Made by a program: the position numbers and the translations under genes
NCBI RefSeq assembly: GCF_009914755.1
Contig: NC_060927.1
Length of the DNA: 64,000 nucleotides
Strand: one strand, 5' to 3'
Source: the human T2T-CHM13v2.0 reference genome, Homo sapiens
The notes under the pieces: model-generated
Told to the model about the DNA's origin: nothing
Databases searched by the model: none
What the model saw: the letters and a program-made list of their open reading frames with translations, nothing else
In this document: one piece after another, positions 14,594 to 30,087 of the stretch
How the letters are laid out: the number at the start of each line of letters is the position of its first letter
How positions within the stretch are numbered: the stretch's first letter is position 1

Positions 14594-14772
14594 GTAAAAG
14601 CCCCTTTAATGGTTATGTTTTCTTTAGTATTGCTGTTTTCCATCTTTATTACCTAAGGCTGCACTTGACTGCAGGGGAGGTGATAGTCAATGACTTGGTA
14701 GTGGTCATTAGGCTTCAGGATGTCATTGTTTGTTGATAGGTAGGAGTACTGCTCACCCTCTTCCTTTGCTAG

Positions 14773-15230
14773 ATACAATGCCTTTGAGTGAAGGGTCCTA
14801 ACTGCTAGCTAATATCCCAGCTGAGTGTCAGAGTGCTAAGGCATGCATGCTACTCTTCAATGTGGGTCACTTCAAAAGATAAATGCTGGAGGATGTTAGA
14901 TTAGATTTTCCTGAAATTCTAGCTTTCATTTGTGTAAATAAATGTCATCTAATGCTTACCAATAGCATCGAACTAAAATGAATAAGAATCTTGGGTTTCA
15001 GACAGAAATGACCAATGGAGATATTTGTGTCGGTGGGTAAAGATAGCTAGAACTCTTCTAGCTAGCCCAAGCCTTGTCAAAGACTGCCTACATGTCAATG
15101 TAAAAATGATTAGTGGAAGAAGAGTCAATGCACTATAAGAAAACTGAATTTTCATTTTAATAATTAGAAGAGAAATTAATTCATAAAGAAATGAGCTTAA
15201 AAGACAAATGAGTTGATTCCCATAAGCTGT
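14773..15230 (+). pseudogene. SR9 end to SR11 relic
   Basis: Phase-0 acceptor continuing IQCL*VKG. MLEDVR ~ RLKDNR; LCRWVKIARTLLASPSLVKDCLHVN ~ LDKWLHGLESQIQSDDYGKDLTSVN. Confidence 0.7.
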
Positions 15231-15659
15231 CCAAAATAACCCATTACTTGATAATTCATAAGAATATCCAAAAGTAATCTGATGTAAAGTATCTACCCTT
15301 CACCCCTACAAACATTCCTTTCTGCCCTGATTTGTTCCTCCCATTTATCTTTTCTAACTCACCAAAGTATATAATTATCCATATAGAGAATTTGTGACCC
15401 CAAATTGTCTTCTGAGAAATCCCATAGGAATGTGTAGTGGCACTGAATGTCTTTGCTTATTAAAGACTATTCCTGTAACCCATAATTAATCTAATCATTC
15501 TTTTCTTCATTCAGAAAATATTTACTGATAACTACTATGTCCCAGGCATTGACTGTGCTGAGAATGCAATGGGGAATAATATAAACAGGTTCCCTGCCTT
15601 TGTGAAACTAGTAGTCTGCTAGGAAAGAAGCTACTAATCATCAAAAAATCATATAAATA

Positions 15660-15950
15660 GGCAGGGAGCAGTGGCTCACGCCTGTAATCCCAGCACTTTG
15701 GGAGGCCAAGGCAGGCAGATCACCTGAGGCTGGGAGTTCAAGACCAGCCTGGCCAATATGGTGAAACCCCGTCTCTACTAAAAATACAAAAAATAGCCAG
15801 GTGTGGTGGCACATGCCTGTAGTCTCAGCTACTCAGGAGGCTGAGGCAGAAGAATCTGCTTGAACCCTGGAGGTGGAGGTTGCACTGAGCCAAGATTACA
15901 CCAATGCACTCCAGCCTGGGCAACAGAGCAAGACTCTGTCTCAAAAAATA
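15660..15950 (+). mobile_element. Alu (S-type)
   Basis: Full dimer. Confidence 0.95.
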
Positions 15951-16990
15951 TATATATATTATATGCAATATATTTTATATATTGTATATAATATATTTTA
16001 TATATTGTATATGATATATTTTATATACAATATATTTTATGTATTATATATTTTATATTTTACATTTTATATAAATAAATAAATATTTTATATAAATTTT
16101 TATATAAATTAATAAATTTTATATAAAATAAATATTTTATATAAATAAATATATAGTATACTATATATTATATAATATATAATATATAGTATACTATATA
16201 TTATATAATATATAATATATAGTATACTATATATTATATAATATATAATATATAGTATACTATATATTATATAATATATAATATATAGTATACTATATAT
16301 TATATAATATATAATATATAGTATACTATATATTATATAATATATAATATATAGTATACTATATATTATATAATATATAATATATAGTATACTATATATT
16401 ATATATTATATATAATATATATTATATAAATATAATTTATATATTTTATATATATTATATAATATATATTTTATATATAATATATATTTTATATATTATA
16501 TTATATATTATATAATATATTTTATATATTATATATTTATATTATATATTTTATATATTATATATTTATATTATATATAATATAATATATTATATATTTA
16601 TATTATATATAATATAATATATTATATATTTATATTATATATAATATAATATATTATATATTATATATTTATATTATATATAATATAATATATTTTATTT
16701 ATAATATATACAATATATTTTATATTTGTTTAATATATAATATATACAATATATTTTATATTTGTTTAATATATAATATATTATAATAAATATTATATAT
16801 AATATATAATATTATAATATATAATATATAATTGTCATATATAATATATAAAAATATATAATATATTATATATTATATATAAAATATATGTGTATGTTTA
16901 TATATACACTCACATTTATATATAAATGTATGCATGTGTATATATATATAAATATATGTATTTATATATAAATAAAACTCAACATTTATA
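15950..16990. repeat. About 1 kb AT-rich repeat including a 31-bp minisatellite (~16151-16400)
   Basis: About 8 copies of ATATAGTATACTATATATTATATAATATATA plus (TA)n variants. Confidence 0.92.
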
Positions 16991-17269
16991 TTATACATAT
17001 ATGTAAATGTAGAGTTGCAAATGTGGCAAGTACTATGAGTGAAAATTACATGGTCCAATGAGAGTTTATAGTCAATGGATTTGACATAGAGCTATCAGAG
17101 AATATGTCCTCTAGGAAATGACAATTTCCATCTCTATAAAGAGAGCAGAAAAAATAATCAAGTTATGGGTGGAGAGATTGGGAAAAGAGAAGCTGCACAG
17201 GCAAAGACCATCTGGAAAGAGGAAATAGGATGCATTTCAGAAATCAAAAGTAAACCAAGAACTGCATTA

Positions 17270-18030
17270 CTCACTAGGAAAATGCAAATCCAAACAACGA
17301 GTTACCACTTCATAACTATTTACGTGCCTATAATCAAAAAGATGAACAATATCAAATGTTAGCAAAAATGTGGAGAAACTGGAAGCCTCATACGTCACTG
17401 GTGGGAATGTAAACTGCTACTGCCACTTTGGAAAACAGTTTGGCAGATTCTCAAAAATATTAAACATAGAATTACCATATGACCAAGTGATTACGCCCCT
17501 GGGTATATATCCAAGAGAACATATTCTCTTGGATATATACAAACTTGGATATACAAAAACTTGTACATGAATGTTCTTACCAGCACTACTCATAATGGCC
17601 AAAAAGCAAAAACAACCTAAATGTTCATTAACTGATGAATAGATAAACAAAATGTGGTATATCCACATGGTAGAATATTATTTGGCAATAAAAAGGAATG
17701 AAGAGCAGATACATGCTACAACCTGAATGAACCTTGAAAAGAGTATGTAAAATAAAAGAAGCCAGACACAAAAGGCCACATATCCTACAATTCCGTTTAC
17801 ATGAAATTTCCAAAACAGACAAACCCATAGAAGCAGAAAGTCAATAGGGTTTGCCAGGGGCTACAGGGGAGGAAAATGAAGAGTAACTGATAAAGGATTT
17901 CTTTTTGGGGTGATGAAAATGTTCTGGAATTGGATAGTGGTGACGGTTGCACAACTTTAAAACGTACTAATAAACAACTGAACTTTAGACTTCAAAATAA
18001 TGAATTTTATGGTATATGAATGATATCTCA
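17270..18030 (+). mobile_element. L1MB-like 3' fragment
   Basis: ORF2 end (IELPYD..PLGIYP) and 3' UTR. Confidence 0.8.
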
Positions 18031-18032
18031 AT

Positions 18033-18690
<658 letters not shown>

Positions 18691-19862
18691 AGTAAATTTT
18701 TTTTTTACTTTTTACTCTCAGGACAAGAGTAGCAAAGAGGATTATGAGCAGTGCAATACAAAACAAGGCTGCAACAAAAGGTAGGAGCTCAATCACGCAG
18801 AGTCTTGTAACTTAAAATTTTGGTCTGTGTTCTAAGAGTAATGGAGTCTTTTAAGGGGAAAGTAGTTATGATTAGATTTGAGATAAGAACCATCACTTGG
18901 GCTATATTATGGATAACTGATTTAAGAGGGCGAGAGTGAATGGTTAAAAAGGCCAAAGAAGCCTTTATAGGAACCTGGGTGTGAAAAGTTTGTAACATAG
19001 AACAAATAAGGAGAAGCAGTGATAGAAGTGGATGTATCTAAGATTATTAGGAAATCATATCTCTACTATTTGATGAGTGTGATGAAGGGTGGTGTCAGAG
19101 ATGACACTTGGGTTTCTTATTGCATAACAGAATAAAGTGTGGTTTCATTTGCTGAAAAAAGGAATGCTGCTGAACACTGGGCAAAGGCAGGAAGATAACG
19201 ATCTTAATTTGACATTGAATTGTCAATGAGAATGTCAAGTAAGCTGGTAGACAGAGAAGGCTGGGGCTCAGAAAAGAGGTCTAAACTGTAGCTAGACATC
19301 TATGAGACATCTGCATGAGGTGGTCATGGAGGCCACAGGCATGGATGAGAAGAGAAGGCAATGGAGAGGACCTAGGGCCAAGCCTTGAGGAAATCTAATA
19401 TCTAATGACAAAGCAGAAGACAAAGAGCTACAAAGCAGGTAGAAAGCATGCCCAGGGAGGTAAGGGGAAAACTGGGAGTGTGCTGTCATAGTAACGGTGG
19501 AAGAAATTGTTTTGAGAAAGAAGATGTGGTAGGGTTCCCCACATGTCAGTCTTGTCTTATGAAAAACACGTCTCAGGAAAAAGGGAGTCTGTGGTCAACT
19601 CTAGTGGGAAATTATTGAATTAAGCAAAGCTAAACAGTTTTCTTTTCTATAGACATCCTCAGATGTTTTCACATATTTATGTGTATTGTCACTCTCCCGT
19701 GGAATATACCATATCCCAAATTTACTTGGCCATAGAATGCTTTCTTGGGATGAAACACCTATTAATATGGTTTGAGATTCTGTTTGAGGAAGATTTCAGT
19801 AGGCAACATGCTAGTGAAGGTCAGTTGTCAGCCCACCCTCCATAATCCTCTGTAACTAACAG

Positions 19863-20020
19863 ATTTGTGTGGGAAAAAATGGTCCTCTGTCCTTTGCTTC
19901 ATCTTTGTCCTCCATGACACCAGTACACAAGCCTGTTAGGATACATCCGACTTGAATAAATGGCTGAGGTAACTAGAAATAATACAGTTCAGGAAGGTGA
20001 AGTGAGCAGAGGGTACATGG
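19863..20020 (+). pseudogene. SR12 exon relic
   Basis: CTAACAG| followed by ICVGKNGPL ~ LWVGERMPL, phase 0. Confidence 0.75.
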
Positions 20021-20069
20021 ATGGACATAAAATTATATGTGACTTTTCTTACATCTAAGGGTAGAGCAT

Positions 20070-20432
20070 TGTCTTTGTCTATTTGGGCTGCTGTAATAAA
20101 ACTCCTTAGGCTGGCTGGCTGATAAGCAACAGAAATTTGTTGCTCACAGTGCTGGAAGCTGGGCAGTTCAAGATAAGTTGCCAGCAGATCAGTGTCTGGT
20201 GAGGGCTCTGTGCTTCATACAGGGTGGCTTGTTGCTGTGTCTTTACATGGCAGATGGGAAAGAAAGGGAAAATAGGCTGACTCAAGCCTCTTTTTTAAGG
20301 ACGCTAATCCCATTCATAAGGGAAGAGCCCTCATGACCTAATCACTTCCTAAAGACCCACTTCTTCACAACACCAAAATAAGGATTAGGTTTCAACATGA
20401 ATTTTAGAAAGACACACACATTCTGACCATAT
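20070..20432 (-). mobile_element. MLT1 (MaLR) solo LTR
   Basis: GGGCTGCTGTAATAAA..TTGCTCACAGTGCTGGAAGCTGG..TAGGTTTCAACATGAATTTT. Confidence 0.8.
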
Positions 20433-20575
20433 TAAGCATCCAAGAAAATACCTAATAGCAGAAGGAGGGTCCTCATAGTCGAACGCATTCTAGCCCCTAA
20501 ATTTGCTCCGCTGTATTTACAACCCTGCCTCTCCAATGGAGCATCTCTGCAATGCACATCTCCTCCTACCCTCAG

Positions 20576-21330
20576 CAAACTGTACTTCTTACCTTCTGGA
20601 CAGGAACTCTCACCTCAAGTAGCGTTTCTCTTTCCCCTCGTAATATCTTACCCTGAGCCTAAGGTATTCAGACTAGAGAATATTCCTGAAACAGACTGGG
20701 TAGGATTTAACACATCAGGCTTGGGGTAATCGAGGTGGATGGCAATGAGGATGCAGATAATAGCTTTAAGGCTCTGAGACCACAAAGCAGTCTAGAGTTG
20801 GCCTAAGAATTCCAAGTGGATCTCTATTGGTATTATTAATACATGTTCACCATACAATCTATTCAGTAGCTAACCATTGGAATACACAGAGAGAGACAGA
20901 GAGAGGAGAGAGCGAGAGACAGAGAGAGAGAGACAGAGATTTCGAAAGGACCAACATTAATTCTCAGATATGGTATAACTAAAAAGGAGAAAAAATATTT
21001 TCCTAACTTCCGTCACATCTTGTGAGATGAAACATTTCACAATGGAATTGATACTTCACATTTTTTTGGCCAGTTTCTTTTGATCTTTGTACCCCAGCCT
21101 GTTTTAAATTGTGCTCCTTCCGATCTACCGAAAACAAGAAACAGTCCCATTGTTAAGCCATATTTTTATAATTACCAAAAGACAGCTTATAAGGAGCCCC
21201 ATCAACCTTTTCTTAAAATGGAAGAGAATTTGTTTGATTCTGCCAGGAAAATATAGCTTGGTTCTTCACATTCTTAGAAAAACATTTGGAACAAGAAATT
21301 GTAGTAAAAGCTTCTTCAATTCTTAAATGC
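20576..21330 (+). pseudogene. SR13 to SR15 relics
   Basis: RLE..F..WM at about 20670-20745 ~ RLEE..YFD..WMSE; DADNSFKALRPQSSLELA*E ~ DEQSAVSMLKKHQILEQAVE; YFYNYQK ~ KFYHDAK; KHLEQEI. Confidence 0.6.
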
Positions 21331-21637
21331 TTAAATCAAACATAGCTAAATTCAGACATATAATTTTTATGCATCATTGAGTTTCCTCATAAGAGATCCT
21401 TGAAACTCTGGAACTTCCTAAAGGTAACGATAGGTTCTATGTGTCATTTTCAAGATTTTTAAATATCTAATGGAAATTATACACTTGGTCACCAAAAGGG
21501 AGTCTATGATATATACAAGTTTCCTTGGTTTGGATGGGAATTATAGCAATTCAGTGTTGAATATTTATTATTGCACTTTCATCACAATAGTTAACTGGTA
21601 GCTATGATTGTCTTTGCTTATTAAAGTCGAAAAACTC

Positions 21638-21930
21638 GGCCAGGCACAGTGGCTCATGCGTGTAATCCCAGCACTTTGGGAGGCCAAGGCGGACAGATCA
21701 CCAAAGGTCAGGAGTTCAAGACCAGCCTGGCCAATATGGTGAAACCTCATCTCTACTAAAAACACAAAAATTAGCTGGGCATGGTAATGCATGCCTGTAA
21801 TCCCAGCTACTTAGGAGGCTGAGGCAGGAGAATTGCTTGAACTCAGAAGGCAGAGGTTGCAGTGAGCCAAGATCACACCATGGCACTCCAACCTGGGCAA
21901 TAGAGTGAGACTCCATAGCAAAAAAGTAAA
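21638..21930 (+). mobile_element. Alu
   Basis: Full dimer. Confidence 0.95.
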
Positions 21931-22173
21931 AATTAAAAAGTGGAAAAATTCAGAATTACTTAATAAATACAATTTCATGGGGGAAAAGTCTTTCACAATT
22001 GGCAGATCATGAGGCAAATGGACTTTTGGTATTAACAATGTTGGAAATCACACTTCAATGTCTCCTGAAACAATGCATTAAATAAAGCAGCCGCTTTCTG
22101 GCTTAGTAGTCATATAAGCAGGCAATCTTATGCTGACAAATTTTTGTTTCATTTTCTGTGTTTGTGTTTACAG

Positions 22174-23260
22174 TTGAAAACATCTCTTCCCTTGCATCCA
22201 CAAAGTTATAATTATTAGGTATTCCAATTAAAGCCATGTAAGAGCTCATCTATTGTTGCATGATTTTGAAAACATGGTATCTCTTTTGATGACTATGATA
22301 TTATTAATCAGCTAATTATCATCATTTGAAAAATGTGTGCCCAAGTAGTTTTACAAACACCTTCTCAAAACAAAGTAATTTAAACTCTTAAAATGTGTGC
22401 GTTATTTTCAGATAAGATGCATTTTTGCGTGTAATTGTTCAGCTCCAAGCAATGGCAAAAATAAGTATAGGACCCCACAGGAATTGTGTGTTACCTTGTT
22501 GACTTCTGATGTTTTTGTGACTCCCTCCAAGCTCAGCACAAGGTATTTGTCTGTCAGCAATGGTCAGCTAAATGATCAGCTGACACAGCTCTTCACTCCA
22601 TGGGTCACTGGCAGAACAGACAGGTTCAAATATACAAGATGTTGGCTCTCCCTCTTCCTGAATGCCTTTCTTACTTCATTAAGCTTTAAGCTTAGCTGTT
22701 TTTGTTGAAAAATAACACACATTGGCACTCAAAAATATAAGCTCACTGCTAAAATGTAATCTATTAATCTATGGAGGAATAATTTACAGACTGATTCCCA
22801 AGGAAGTTTTTTTACAAGGCTAAGATGAGAAGATTTTTCAACTGTGTTTTATTTTGAGGAAGGCTTATCCATACATTCATATAATTATGACACAGCAGTA
22901 TGACCCAAATGTGGTCACAATTATCCATTCTCCCTCTCTAAATCACACCCATGAATGTAGGAAATATCAGCCATAATTTATATCAAAATAAATATTGACC
23001 AATAAAATATATTTGGCATTTTCTCAATGCATCATAAGACAAGTGTTTGACTTAGTGCCATGGTATTATGTTTCTCTGGGAATGGTTGAGAAAGACCAGC
23101 AAGTAGAAGAAAAGAAGCATGACTTGGAGCACCATGGGAATAATGCAAACCCTAATATTAAACAAAAATCCTTATTCAATGTAACTGGCAATTGTCCTTT
23201 CATTGAGACTATTAAATATGAGATTTAGCTTCCTGAGTTGAGGGAGACCAGAAATCTCAT
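22174..23260 (+). pseudogene. SR15 end and SR16 relics
   Basis: SDKMHFCV*LFSSKQWQK*V (22408) ~ GDKFRFFSMVRDLMLWMEDV in exact register. Phase-2 exon at 23039 with IKQKSL..ETIKYEI*LPELRETR ~ IELGKSL..EEIKEKLLQLTEKR. Confidence 0.75.
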
Positions 23261-23639
23261 CTCCCTAGTTCATCACTTCATTCCAAGTGTCTGATACTCG
23301 GTGCTCATAAATATTTGTGGATGAATGAATGGAGTTTGAAAGAACCTTAGGAAATCTGTCAACAGAAAACTTTGTTTCACAGACGGGGATATTTAAAATC
23401 GAAGGAACTATGGTGCTTTCACTGCATCTTGCTAGCATTTCTTGTAGGAGGGCTTGCTCCTCCCCTCTCAAAGGAAGGTCTGTATTCTTTTATTCCAGAA
23501 CTCTATTTCCTTTAGAACTGACAGGGTTAAAAGTGGCCACTCCTAATGTAAGATGTGTTTTAATTTTATTCCACATCCTACAGTACCAGAATAGTTTCTC
23601 TGAGAGAATACTTTGCACTAGGATTGCCCCAACTATGCT

Positions 23640-23790
23640 TCTCTTGAAGTGATAATAATTGCTGATGAAGGCTGAGGGATGGGCCCAAGGTGACCCTGCC
23701 AGCCCAAAATAAAGGGAAACATTGTGAAGTTGGAGGAATTTTAGAAGTCGCTTTGGTGAAATAGAAAGTGTAATTGAAAGCTCAGGATAT
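23640..23790 (+). pseudogene. SR17 relic
   Basis: LEV; AEGWAQGDP ~ AEAWLLGQEP; EEF*KS ~ EAFEKS. Confidence 0.7.
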
Positions 23791-24387
23791 ATTTAGACAG
23801 AAAAGATCCTATCCCAATGCCTAGTTTCCACGGTGTTGAAATGTAATCTAAAATCCTTATTATGTAAAGGGGAAGCATTTCCTTTCTCATTTTGAATATG
23901 CTTGAGGGCAATGGCATTAGAAGATTTTGTCATTGTACAAAACAGAAATGTATGCTTTGTACATGGTTTTGTACTGGAAGGACACCATTCTACAAACCCA
24001 AAATTACATACTGAAGACATAAACCAATGTATACATTCTACAGACTGAAGGGAGAGGTTTAACAACCTGCTATGGTGTTAAAGCCAAATATACACATCCG
24101 TGAACCTAAGAGGCTGGACTTCAGCCTTTCAGGACAATGTAAATCAGACCCAAAAGCAGAATTTTCATCTTCCCATTGTTACAAGGCACCCAGCTACATG
24201 TGGCCCTAGAAGAGCAACATTCAGACCAGAGAGAACACATAATACACTCCCGTCACTTAGGATCAAAGACAACTGTAACACAACTACACCAAGTGGCATA
24301 GGTACAATCTGACACACATAAACCAAACAAATTAATACTTATGTTCCCACTAATTTTTATTACACACAGCATAAGTCTGTTTCACAG

Positions 24388-24850
24388 GGAAGTGGTGGAA
24401 GGAGGGAGAAAAGTCCTGGGGCTTATTTGTGCAGACAGCTTTGAGCCTGAAAGAACTTCTGACCTATTGCAAATATATTCAACATGATATCATGACAGTA
24501 CTGGGCATTCCAGAAGACCCTGACTACAGAGGAAATTGATGACTGAGTGAGGTGAGGGTATTGTAAACAGGAAACAACAGCCTAGGAGAATGCTCAGGAG
24601 TGAGATTGAGATGATTTGACAGGTTACTGGTTAGATGTGCTTGAGAAGCCTGAGAGCCTGAGGCTATAGGAAAGCAGGGAAGATGAGAAAGAAGCAAGCT
24701 CTACAGAGACAAGACTGAAGCCCCCAATGTGAAGAGGTTGGCCCTGACCCTACAGAGAGCATCTACTGGACTCCTAGTTTGCCTGGATGAGCATTTGAGA
24801 ATTCAGGAGTATTTTTCACTTTGATATGCTTGGTTAGAAGCAGTTTGAAG
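24388..24850 (+). pseudogene. Additional spectrin-repeat exon after SR17
   Basis: Acceptor TTTCACAG and donor AAG|GTAAGA. EVVEGGRKVL..SFEPERTSDLLQIYST*YH; YWAFQK..EEIDD*V. Confidence 0.6.
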
Positions 24851-25359
24851 GTAAGAACAATAATCTCCTGTTCTGATTGCATTTATACATATGTGTGAAA
24901 AATGAAAATAGGGCATTCAGACACATGGCCAGACCTCCTGGGAACCTGGGAAAATCAGGCTCAAGGGAGTTTCAAGGTCTGAACTGGAAGGACACTCCAG
25001 ATCCAAGGACCCTCCAGAGGTGAAGTTATTTGTCCCCCATAAGAGTCCCTAGTCCCCTAATCTGATATTTAGTTACAGAGTTGTAATCAAATATATCTCT
25101 AAAGAAATTTTGATTTTCCCCAATAATGTTTACAAGACACCCTCCACAAGACACTTATCATCCTAAAAATGACCAATGTACTTGTTTAGGTGGCTCTATA
25201 AATGCTTGTCCTGCTCAGAGGACCCTGTGGTCTCCCTAGTGTGTGCTCTGACACGCAACTGCAGTACTACACACTGAAAAGTGTTGAGACGTGATTGCAC
25301 CACTCTTGATTTTGTCATTAAGTAGCCAGTTGCCACTGGAAAGAGACTTTTCCTATTTT

Positions 25360-25545
25360 GCCCAAACTTGACTGAGCATCAGAATCTCTTGGAAGGTTTG
25401 TTAAAACATAGATCACTGAGCCCCACCCTCTAGTATTTGTAATTTAACAAACCTGGGGAAGTACCCTTAGAATTCGTATTCCTGAAAAGTTCTTGACTGC
25501 TACCTGATGCTACTGGTTCAGGAATGAAACTTCGAGAACCACTGG
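25360..25545. mobile_element. MER5-like DNA transposon
   Basis: GCATCAGAATC..TTGTTAAAACATAGAT..GAGAACCACTG. Confidence 0.65.
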
Positions 25546-25670
25546 ATTAGAGGACATTATTGTTGACTACTGGTTTTAACATATTAAAAAAAAAAACCCA
25601 CCTCCCAAAACTACCAAGATCTATGTTTTTCCAGTGAGTATTTCAATAATGTTCTTATTGGCATCTTCAG

Positions 25671-26045
25671 CAACAAATTGGTAGTCCAGAGCCAAGCAAA
25701 CAGTGAACCTCCTGAGGGGTTATTTAGGGAGTGTTCCCGTGGAATAAAGGAAGGAATCTAATATTAACTACAGGCTCAGGTCAAAACTATCACTTGAACT
25801 GAATTTCATTAAAGGAGCTAAGAGGCAAAAGGCCAGATCTGAACAATATTTGACTCTGAACACCTGAAATACCTGACTTTGTCAAGATACAGATTAAATG
25901 TGGGAGCTGTGAGGCAGTGGGTAATGGGAATCAAGTCAGGGAGACATCTCCTGGAGAACATGGCGGAGATGATGTAGATGCCAATTCCAGGCCAGATTGT
26001 TCCAAGGGTATTATGAGAATGAATAAATAAAGGCACATTCTCCAG
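25671..26045 (+). pseudogene. Additional spectrin-repeat exon
   Basis: AG/GT boundaries. RQKARSEQYL, VRQWVM, EHGGDDVDA and ENE*IKAHSP fit the spectrin helix C-A-B consensus. Confidence 0.55.
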
Positions 26046-26261
26046 GTATTGTAGGTGGTTATAGTGTGACGTTTGAAGGAGATTAAAAAATAATCAATAT
26101 CCAAAAGTACCCGTAATATATCATGTAGGGAACTTTTCAAAAATACCAATTCCCAGGCCCTAGTTCAGACCTTAAATAGAATCCCTAGTGGTAGAGCATA
26201 GATATCAATATTTTTTTAATCTCCCAAGTGATTCTGATTGATAGCAGATTAAAAATCACTT

Positions 26262-26785
26262 GGCTGGTTGCAGTGGCTCACATCTGTAATCCCATCACTT
26301 TGGGAGGCCAAGGTGGGAGGATTGATTGAGTCCAGGAGTTCAAAACCAGCCTGGTCAACATAGCAAGACCCTGTTTCTAATAAAAATAGAATTTTTTTTA
26401 AATCACTGGGATAAATAACAATCTTGCTATCCTTGGTATGTTTAGGGTAGTATGAGGAGACAAAGTAGAAAAATAGATGCAAAAGAAAGAAACAGGCCAA
26501 AATATGTCAATAATCAGGAAAAAAAAACTTGAGTGAATCAAACTTTCAATTTTAAAGACAGATATTTATATAGTGGACAAATATACAAAGATCCAGATAT
26601 GTTTACAAAAGACACACTATAAATAAAAGAAGCCAGGCACAGTGGCTTACACTTATAATTCCAGCACTTTGGGAGGCAAAGTTGGGAGAACTCCTTGAGC
26701 CCAGGAATTTGAAACTGCAGTGAGCTATAACTGCACCACTGCACTCTAGCCTGGGCATCAAAGCAAGACCCTGTCTCTTTAAGAA
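26262..26785 (+). mobile_element. Two Alu monomers (FLAM/AluJ) at 26262-26380 and 26632-26785
   Basis: Single-arm Alu sequences. Confidence 0.8.
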
Positions 26786-27433
26786 TAATAATAGATTAAA
26801 TAAATACAAACAAATACAAACAAAAGGACAAAAGAGTTTAAAAATAAAAGGATGGAAAAGCATATTCCTCCAAAATACTAACCAAAAGAAAGCTGCAATT
26901 GCTAGGTTAGCAGCTACAATAGAATTTAAGACAAGCATAATTAAAGACTAGGGTTTAATCCATAATTATAAAATGTTAAATTGTTCAGAATAACAATTGT
27001 AAACTTATATGCACCCAGTAAAATAGCTTCAAAATATATAAAGCAAATAAATATTAATAGAATTACACTGAGAAGTTAACAAATCAATGTTGTATTCAGA
27101 GGTGGCTACTAATTTAAAAGACTCTTGGTTTTTTTAACACCCTAATTCTTCCATGCTTATGCAAATGGTAGATATAATTAGCTGCTCTGAATAGGGCAAA
27201 CTTATACTGGCTCACTACTCTATAGTAGTATAGTGTAACAGAGAAGTAATGCACATTTTCCCAATATAGATACAGAAAACATTTAAAGTTGGGGTGAAAA
27301 TTAAAATATGAATAATTCACTCCCTTTTATATATAAATAGCTTTGATTAAAAATAATTTTCAGGAGCAGTTTGGATTACTAACCTGGAATACTGCGATAG
27401 AATCCTAATTGACCTTCCCATTTCACCCACTAT

Positions 27434-27776
<343 letters not shown>

Positions 27777-28764
27777 TAGCAACCTGTTATTCTTTAATAA
27801 CACCTTTTGTCATTGTGTTCATAATTTATAATAGTGTTCATAACACTAGTTATAATTTTATGTTAATTTCTATGCTCATTTCTATGTAACTGTCTATCTC
27901 ATAACTATAAGCTCCATGAGAACCAGAACCAAGTCTATTTTTTTTAGGGCCACATACCCAGCATTTAACAGAGTGTCTGGCACCTGGAAGGCATCCAATA
28001 AATGTTTCTGAATATTTTCATAGAATTTAGAACAGGTAAGAGACAAAGAAGTTCAGCCCATGCTATCTAACTAAAAGTATACATTTCACCAGAAAAAATT
28101 ACACCAGAAAAAAATCATTAACTAAAACAAGTTTTATTTCTAAATCATGAAGCAAAATGACCACGCCTAGCTATCATATGCTGGTTTTGGTTCAGCTAAG
28201 TCTTCCTAACTAGATGCTTTATATAGGAAAAGATAGTTCCTCCACTCACTAATAAAGAGATCACAATGATATGTGCTAATGTATCTATTAAGTAATTGCA
28301 TAAAAGATGGCTGAAAGACAAAATGAGCATAAAATTTCAGAGGGGGATGAAGTCTCAAGTATTTTTCTACAATTTTTTCTGTTGGGAATTATTTACAGAA
28401 ATAAAATGTTTTGGTGTGAAAGATATGAAATAGTGTGAAAGATATAAAATAGTGCCCTAGACCTTTCTATATTGTGCTCATAATTTTAGTAAATATACAA
28501 TAAGATACAAAATATCAATAATGGAAATAGAATTTATTGACAACATGGGCCGTTTACTTTTTGAAATAACTTCTATCCTCATTTTACTTTCATCTATGTT
28601 TACCTGTTCAGTTTATGTTCAAAACTAAACTCATGAACTTCCAAAATCAGTTCTTACTTGGAATTTCTATATTATGATCCAGTCTTCAAATTTAGAAACA
28701 TAAGAACCATTTGTGTATGTTTGTTTGTTTGTTTGTTTGTACATTTGTTTGGGGGTGGGCGATT

Positions 28765-29115
<351 letters not shown>

Positions 29116-29292
29116 TAATCTTGTTATTGACTCTTCGAAAATGCTTCCTTAAACCTAAAATCTATCTATAGCATTTATTCAGTAATTCCTTTCTCCTAGA
29201 AAAAAATCAGAAATAAAGACAATATAGATATGAAAAAAAATTATCACATCATTATATATAATAGTAAAAAAATCATAGAAAAAATATGTCTC

Positions 29293-29623
<331 letters not shown>

Positions 29624-29715
29624 TTAATAAATAAATTTCTATATCCATGAAAGAAAATACCTTCATTTTTGCAAGGAATATCTAATATGCAAAAAATACT
29701 TATAAAATACATTGA

Positions 29716-30087
<372 letters not shown>

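Noticed and set aside
14227-14643. 138-aa minus-strand ORF
   Set aside because: No recognisable family; it is antisense to the spectrin relic, which explains the region.
16151-16400. Regular 31-bp repeats as a CRISPR-like array
   Set aside because: No spacers; a eukaryotic AT minisatellite.
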